Assembly (NCBI GenBank): GCA_964057225.1
Contig: OZ059894.1
Coordinates: 9,672,001-9,736,000 of the forward strand
Length of the DNA stretch: 64,000 nucleotides
Direction of reading: 5' to 3'
DNA from: Auanema rhodensis
Lineage: Eukaryota; Animalia; Nematoda
Positions within the stretch are counted from its first letter, which is position 1, and each line of letters begins with the position of its first letter. Below the pieces are notes generated by a model, which saw nothing but the letters and a program-made list of their open reading frames with translations, was not told the origin of the DNA and searched no databases. Of the stretch, positions 61,101-64,000 are shown piece by piece. Made by a program: the position numbers and the translations under genes.

Positions 61101-64000
61101 TCAGTCTTCTGTGCAGGAGTCTCCTCTGGCTTTTCAGTTGCTCGAGGTTGAGGTTCCTTTGATGGTTCAGCAGATTCCTTTGGTTGAGCTTCGTCAGTCT
61201 TCTGTGCAGAAATCTCTTCTGGCTTTTCAGTTGCCTCAGGTTGAGGTTCCTTTGATGGTTCCGCAGATTTCTGTTCATCTGTTCGATCTTCAGCTCTACT
61301 TTGACTCTTCAACCCAAGCTGTTCGAAAACATCAAGAACAAGATCAATTTGCAAACCACAACACTCCTCTTCTTTGAAAAATTCCAGACTCAGCTGAGCT
61401 TCAGGTTCATTTGATGGTTCATGAGACTCCTCTGGTTGAGCTTCGTCAGTCTTCCGTGCAGGAATCTCCTCTGGCTTCTCAGTTGCCTGAGGTTGAAGTT
61501 CCTTTGATTGTTCTGCAGAATTCTTTGGTTGAGCTTCGTCAGTCTTCTGTGCAGGAGTCTCCTCTGGCTTTTCAGTTGCTCGAGGTTGAGGTTCCTTTGA
61601 TGGTTCAGCAGATTCCTTTGGTTGAGCTTCGTCAGTCTTCTGTGCAGGAATCTCTTCAGGCTTTTCAGCTACCAGAGGTTGAAGTTCCTTTGAAGGTTCA
61701 GCAGAATCTTTTGGTTGAGGTTCTTCGGTCTTCTGTACAAGAATCTCCGCTGGCTTCTCAGTTGCCTCAGGTTGAGGTTCCTTTGATGGTTCCGCAGATT
61801 TCTGTTCATCTGTTCGATCTTCAGCTCTACTTTGACTCTTCAACCCAAGCTGTTCGAAAACATCAAGAACAAGATCAATTTGCAAACCACAACACTCCTC
61901 TTCTTTGAACAATTCAAGATTAAGCTGAGTTTCCTGTTCCTTTGATGGCTCAGCAGATTGATTTTGTTGAGCTTCGTCAGTCTTCTGTGCAGGAGTCTCC
62001 TCTGGCTTTTCAGTTGACTGTGGTTGAGGTTCCTTTGATGGTTCAGCAGAATCCTTTGGTTGAGCTTCTTCAGTCTTCTGTGCAGGAGTCTCCTCTGGCT
62101 TTTCAGTTGCCTGAGGTTGAGGTTCCTTTGAAGGTTCAGCAGAATCTTTTGGTTGAGGTTCTTCGGTCTTCTGTACAAGAATCTCTGCTGGCTTCTCAGT
62201 TACCTGAGTTTCCTGTTCCTTTGATGGCTCAGCAGATTCCTTTGGTTGAGCTTCTTCAGTCTTCTGTGCAGGAGTCTCCTCTGGCTTTTCAGTTGACTGT
62301 GGTTGAGGTTCCTTTGATGGTTCAGCAGAATCCTTTGGTTGAGCTTCTTCAGTCTTCAGTGCAAGAGTCACCTGTGGCTTTTCAGTTGCCTGAGGTTGAA
62401 GTTCCTTTGATGGTTCAGCAGATTCCTTTGGTTGAGCTTCGTCAGTCTTCTGTGCAGGAGTCTCCTCTGGCTTTTCAGCTACCAGAGGTTGAAGTTCCTT
62501 TGAAGGTTCAGCAGAATCTTTTGGTTGAGGTTCTTCGGTCTTCTGTACAAGAATCTCCGCTGGCTTCTCAGTTACCTGAGTTTCCTGTTCCTTTGATGGC
62601 TCAGCAGATTCCTTTGGTTGAGCTTCGTCAGTCTTCTGTGCAGGAGTCTCCTCTGGCTTTTCAGTTGACTGTGGTTGAGGTTCCTTTGATGGTTCAGCAG
62701 AATCCTTTGGTTGAGCTTCTTCAGTCTTCTGTGCAGGAGTCTCCTCTGGCTTTTCAGTTGCCTGAGGTTGAGGTTCCTTTGAAGGTTCAGCAGAATCTTT
62801 TGGTTGAGGTTCTTTGGTCTTCTGTACAAGAATCTCTGCTGGCTTCTCAGTTACCTGAGTTTCCTGTTCCTTTGATGGCTCAGCAGATTCCTTTGGTTGA
62901 GCTTCGTCAGTCTTCTGTGCAGGAGTCTCCTCTGGCTTTTCAGTTGACTGTGGTTGAGGTTCCTTTGATGGTTCAGCAGAATCCTTTGGTTGAGCTTCTT
63001 CAGTCTTCAGTGCAAGAGTCACCTGTGGCTTTTCAGTTGCCTGAGGTTGAAGTTCCTTTGATGGTTCAGCAGATTCCTTTGGTTGAGCTTCGTCAGTCTT
63101 CTGTGCAGGAGTCTCCTCTGGCTTTTCAGCTACCAGAGGTTGAAGTTCCTTTGAAGGTTCAGCAGAATCTTTTGGTTGAGGTTCTTCGGTCTTCTGTACA
63201 AGAATCTCCGCTGGCTTCTCAGTTACCTGAGTTTCCTGTTCCTTTGATGGCTCAGCAGATTCCTTTGGTTGAGCTTCGTCAGTCTTCTGTGCAGGAGTCT
63301 CCTCTGGCTTTTCAGTTGACTGTGGTTGAGGTTCCTTTGATGGTTCAGCAGAATCCTTTGGTTGAGCTTCTTCAGTCTTCTGTGCAGGAGTCTCCTCTGG
63401 CTTTTCAGTTGCCTGAGGTTGAGGTTCCTTTGAAGATTCAGCAGAATCTTTTGGTTGAGGTTCTTTGGTCTTCTGTACAAGAATCTCTGCTGGCTTCTCA
63501 GTTACCTGAGTTTCCTGTTCCTTTGATGGCTCAGCAGATTCCTTTGGTTGAGCTTCGTCAGTCTTCTGTGCAGGAGTCTCCTCTGGCTTTTCAGTTGACT
63601 GTGGTTGAGGTTCCTTTGATGGTTCAGCAGAATCCTTTGGTTGAGCTTCTTCAGTCTTCTGTGCAGGAGTCTCCTCTGGCTTTTCAGTTGCCTGAGGTTG
63701 AGGTTCCTTTGAAGGTTCAGCAGAATCTTTTGGTTGAGGTTCTTCGGTCTTCAGTGCAAGAGTCACCTGTGGCTTTTCAGTTGCCTGAGGTTGAGGTTCC
63801 TTTGATGGTTCAGCAGAATCCTTTGGTTGAGCTTCGGCAGTCTTCTGTGCAAGAGTCTCCGCTGGCTTCTCAGTTGACTGTGGTTGAGGTTCCTTTGATG
63901 GTTCAGCAGAATCCTTTGGTTGAGCTTCGTCAGTCTTCTGTGCAGGAGTCTCCGCTGGCTTTTCAGTTGCATGTGGTTGAGGTTCCTTTGATGGTTCAGC
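209..64000 (-). CDS. ttn-1: Giant titin-like muscle protein gene (nematode TTN-1-like), internal fragment; 35 exons, about 19,787 codons in window, partial at both ends
   Basis: I-set Ig and Fn3 domains interleaved with huge charged/proline-rich tandem repeats. All 34 inter-exon introns are GT-AG with matching phases. Segments '[19 protein letters not shown]' and '[24 protein letters not shown]' resemble C. elegans TTN-1 as I recall it (confirm by BLASTP). Confidence 0.88.
384..561 (-). CDS. ttn-1: Exon, Fn3 C-half
   Basis: [23 protein letters not shown]. Confidence 0.88.
607..731 (-). CDS. ttn-1: Exon, Fn3 N-half
   Basis: [20 protein letters not shown]...SYIVEMKE. Confidence 0.88.
791..901 (-). 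CDS. ttn-1: Exon, Fn3 C-half
   Basis: [23 protein letters not shown]. Confidence 0.9.
954..1136 (-). CDS. ttn-1: Exon, Fn3 N-half
   Basis: [12 protein letters not shown]...SCKLNWKPP...[14 protein letters not shown]. Confidence 0.9.
1185..1332 (-). CDS. ttn-1: Exon, Ig C-half
   Basis: [23 protein letters not shown]. Confidence 0.9.
1587..1717 (-). CDS. ttn-1: Exon, Ig N-half
   Basis: [27 protein letters not shown]. Confidence 0.9.
1766..2131 (-). CDS. ttn-1: Exon, linker + Ig
   Basis: FTWTKN...[14 protein letters not shown]; TTTTCAG / GTGATT junctions. Confidence 0.88.
2180..3487 (-). CDS. ttn-1: Exon, Ig-Ig-Fn3-Fn3 + linker
   Basis: ORF 1743..3347 extended to the TTTTCAG acceptor at 3488; GTAAGA donor at 2179. 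Confidence 0.9.
3534..3809 (-). CDS. ttn-1: Exon, Ig
   Basis: FELSCTLS...IWYKDG...DKGNYRC. Confidence 0.9.
3858..3987 (-). CDS. ttn-1: Exon, Ig C-half
   Basis: [23 protein letters not shown]. Confidence 0.9.
4039..4196 (-). CDS. ttn-1: Exon, Ig N-half
   Basis: [21 protein letters not shown]. Confidence 0.9.
4245..4377 (-). CDS. ttn-1: Exon, Fn3 C-half
   Basis: [24 protein letters not shown]. Confidence 0.9.
4421..4720 (-). CDS. ttn-1: Exon, Fn3 C-half + Fn3 N-half
   Basis: [10 protein letters not shown]...VTMEWDP; TTTCAG / GTTAGT junctions. Confidence 0.9.
4763..4933 (-). CDS. ttn-1: Exon, Fn3 N-half
   Basis: [24 protein letters not shown]; TTTAG / GTATAC junctions. Confidence 0.9.
5027..5304 (-). 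CDS. ttn-1: Exon, Fn3
   Basis: DVPDAP...WKPPTNNGG...[12 protein letters not shown]. Confidence 0.92.
5490..11327 (-). CDS. ttn-1: Large exon (5,838 nt, phase 1-1): AEPKK array, unique insert, AEKK array, linker, three Ig domains
   Basis: ORF 5467..11163 extended to the TTTTCAG acceptor at 11328; AAG|GTATGT donor at 5489. Confidence 0.9.
7264..9315 (-). repeat. Second [14 protein letters not shown] coding array
   Basis: Same units as 23956-42166. Confidence 0.93.
9878..11120 (-). repeat. Coding array of AEAEPKK (21 nt) units plus six 36-nt [12 protein letters not shown] units
   Basis: gatttgatc recurs every 36 nt from about 9992 to 10172. Confidence 0.9.
11455..11611 (-). CDS. ttn-1: Exon, Ig C-half
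   Basis: [29 protein letters not shown]; AAG-type acceptor at 11612; AAG|GTGTGT donor at 11454. Confidence 0.8.
11656..11847 (-). CDS. ttn-1: Exon, Ig N-half
   Basis: [39 protein letters not shown]. Confidence 0.88.
11894..12021 (-). CDS. ttn-1: Exon, Arg/Lys-rich linker
   Basis: ATTCAG acceptor at 12022; GTCTGT donor at 11893; phases fit. Confidence 0.8.
12070..12192 (-). CDS. ttn-1: Exon, Ig end
   Basis: [24 protein letters not shown]; TTTTAG / GTAATA junctions. Confidence 0.88.
12238..12350 (-). CDS. ttn-1: Exon, Ig middle
   Basis: [19 protein letters not shown]; TTTCAG / GTAAAC junctions. Confidence 0.88.
12498..12603 (-). CDS. ttn-1: Exon, Ig start
   Basis: TTTAG acceptor at 12604; GTAAGT donor at 12497; [13 protein letters not shown]. 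Confidence 0.85.
12650..12842 (-). CDS. ttn-1: Exon, Ig C-half
   Basis: ...[24 protein letters not shown]; TTATAG / GTATGA junctions. Confidence 0.85.
12893..13011 (-). CDS. ttn-1: Exon, Ig N-half
   Basis: TTTCAG acceptor at 13012; GTAAGA donor at 12892; LQPCFEEP...[17 protein letters not shown]. Confidence 0.85.
13058..15136 (-). CDS. ttn-1: Exon, low-complexity S/E/K/T region with degenerate 30-35 aa repeats (2,079 nt, phase 1-1)
   Basis: ORF 12975..15179; TTTGCAG acceptor at 15137 gives the needed phase; AAG|GTTTGT donor at 13057. Confidence 0.8.
15171..15191 (-). CDS. Candidate 21-nt micro-exon EWLLSGT (phase 1-1)
   Basis: Perfect TTTTCAG acceptor at 15192 and GTATGT donor at 15170. 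Read-through from this acceptor hits a stop in all three frames. Confidence 0.4.
15350..15362 (-). promoter_or_regulatory. Tandem UGCAUG (RBFOX-family) intronic splicing elements
   Basis: Plus-strand CATGCA at 15350-15355 and 15357-15362 reads TGCATGTTGCATG on the pre-mRNA strand; function inferred. Confidence 0.5.
15536..15574 (-). CDS. ttn-1: 39-nt micro-exon [13 protein letters not shown] (phase 1-1), with an alternative in-frame donor at 15496
   Basis: CTTCAG acceptor at 15575; G|GTATGT donor at 15535; acidic peptide like its neighbours. Confidence 0.6.
16096..16192. repeat. Intronic (GA)n microsatellite with a ~12-nt GAAAGAGAGAGA sub-period
   Basis: Direct reading. Confidence 0.9.
16711..16723 (-). 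promoter_or_regulatory. Composite UGCAUG-C-GUGUG (RBFOX + SUP-12-like) element
   Basis: Reverse complement is TGCATGCGTGTGT, resembling the egl-15 UGCAUGGUGUG element. Confidence 0.45.
16720..17010. promoter_or_regulatory. GC/CpG-rich intronic patch with E-box CAGCTG (16756-16761) and AGACGCAGA (16945-16953); possible internal promoter or enhancer
   Basis: Composition contrasts with the AT-rich introns; motifs are seen directly, function is inferred. Confidence 0.3.
17502..18362 (-). CDS. ttn-1: Exon, Ig-Ig-Fn3 (861 nt, phase 1-1)
   Basis: ORF 17485..18411; TTTTAG acceptor at 18363; G|GTAAAG donor at 17501. Confidence 0.9.
18406..18522 (-). CDS. ttn-1: Exon, acidic linker [12 protein letters not shown]...ESGFSD (117 nt, phase 1-1)
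   Basis: TTTTCAG acceptor at 18523; GTTTTT donor at 18405; open in the required frame (not in the ORF track). Confidence 0.75.
18568..22478 (-). CDS. ttn-1: Exon, Ig + Fn3 + [12 protein letters not shown] repeat array (3,911 nt)
   Basis: TTTCAG acceptor at 22479; Fn3 motifs [17 protein letters not shown]; AAG|GTTGGT donor at 18567. Confidence 0.88.
18600..21690 (-). repeat. Coding array of AEAEPKKK (24 nt) and AEAEKK (18 nt) units
   Basis: Direct reading; includes a ~444-nt internal duplication. Confidence 0.93.
22525..22828 (-). CDS. ttn-1: Exon, Ig domain
   Basis: IELRC...AKWFKNG...GVYHV; ATACAG acceptor at 22829, GTGAGT donor at 22524. Confidence 0.85.
22875..23085 (-). CDS. ttn-1: Exon, acidic linker
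   Basis: ATTCAG acceptor at 23086; AAG|GTAAGA donor at 22874; phase 0 to 1. Confidence 0.75.
23137..23372 (-). CDS. ttn-1: Exon, acidic linker
   Basis: TTATAG acceptor at 23373; CAG|GTAATA donor at 23136; phase 1 to 0. Confidence 0.8.
23441..23662 (-). CDS. ttn-1: Exon, Lys-rich linker (222 nt, phase 1-1)
   Basis: TTTTCAG acceptor at 23663; G|GTATTT donor at 23440. Confidence 0.8.
23713..64000 (-). CDS. ttn-1: Giant repeat exon (at least 40,288 nt, at least 13,429 codons): 31-aa array + CC spacers + AEKK helical array; 5' end outside window
   Basis: ORF 23678..63766 continues in frame to the window edge ([10 protein letters not shown]... at 64000). Donor A|GTAAGC at 23712, phase 1. Confidence 0.85.
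23956..42166 (-). repeat. Coding tandem array of 18-nt (AEAEKK) and 24-nt (AELEKKQK) units, about 6,070 aa
   Basis: Direct reading; frequent 42-nt and 60-nt composite periods. Confidence 0.95.
42382..64000 (-). repeat. Coding tandem array, 93-nt / 31-aa unit (consensus about [31 protein letters not shown]), roughly 220 units, PEVK/PEVT-like
   Basis: Period read directly (e.g. ctgtgcagga at 42401 and 42494); unit count estimated from length. Confidence 0.95.
53189..61927 (-). repeat. Nine dispersed ~132-nt / 44-aa spacer motifs QL(N/S)LE(L/F)FKE(E/D)ECCGL(E/Q)[28 protein letters not shown]
   Basis: cacaacactc core seen near 53281, 55072, 56098, 57280, 57625, 59272, 60454, 61357, 61888. Confidence 0.95.

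Noticed and set aside
42403-61908. Plus-strand [19 protein letters not shown] ORFs
   Set aside because: Antisense reading of the 93-nt repeat, broken by stops at spacers and point variants.
53189-61927. Repeat-spacer pattern suggesting a CRISPR array or inserted mobile element
   Set aside because: Eukaryotic coding exon. The conserved blocks are 132 nt and in frame, are separated by tandem repeats rather than unique spacers, and show no terminal inverted repeats or cas genes.
23678-63766. Treating the 13,362-aa ORF as a standalone single-exon gene
   Set aside because: The frame is open beyond the GTG to the window edge, and a good donor at 23712 splices in phase to downstream exons. Termination at 23678 by intron retention is possible but has no support here.

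Overview
The whole 64-kb window lies inside one giant minus-strand eukaryotic gene: a nematode titin-like muscle protein gene, most likely the ttn-1 orthologue. The nematode call rests on AT-rich 42-51 nt GT-AG introns with TTTCAG-type acceptors. I traced 35 coding exons by hand with consistent intron phases, giving 59,361 nt or about 19,787 codons. The model is open at both ends: it has no start and no kinase domain, and its last Ig domain is cut by an intron at 208. In transcript order (high to low coordinates): (1) one apparently uninterrupted exon of at least 40,288 nt, made of a 93-nt/31-aa P/E/Q/K/A/T/S array punctuated by nine 44-aa Cys-Cys spacer motifs, then about 6,070 aa of nearly proline-free [14 protein letters not shown] repeats; (2) about 17 Ig and 9 Fn3 domains interleaved with three more AEKK/AEPKK arrays and a degenerate 30-35 aa repeat. 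The most interesting non-obvious part is the only long intronic stretch (15137-17501). It holds a 39/78-nt micro-exon, a candidate 21-nt micro-exon only 34 nt from the next acceptor (possibly mutually exclusive with a 2,079-nt exon), RBFOX (UGCAUG) and SUP-12 (GUGUG) type motifs, a GA microsatellite and a promoter-like GC-rich patch. The very long plus-strand and frame-shifted ORFs in the track are shadows of the repeats. I saw no RNA genes, CRISPR arrays or intact mobile elements. All splice junctions are predictions from sequence alone.
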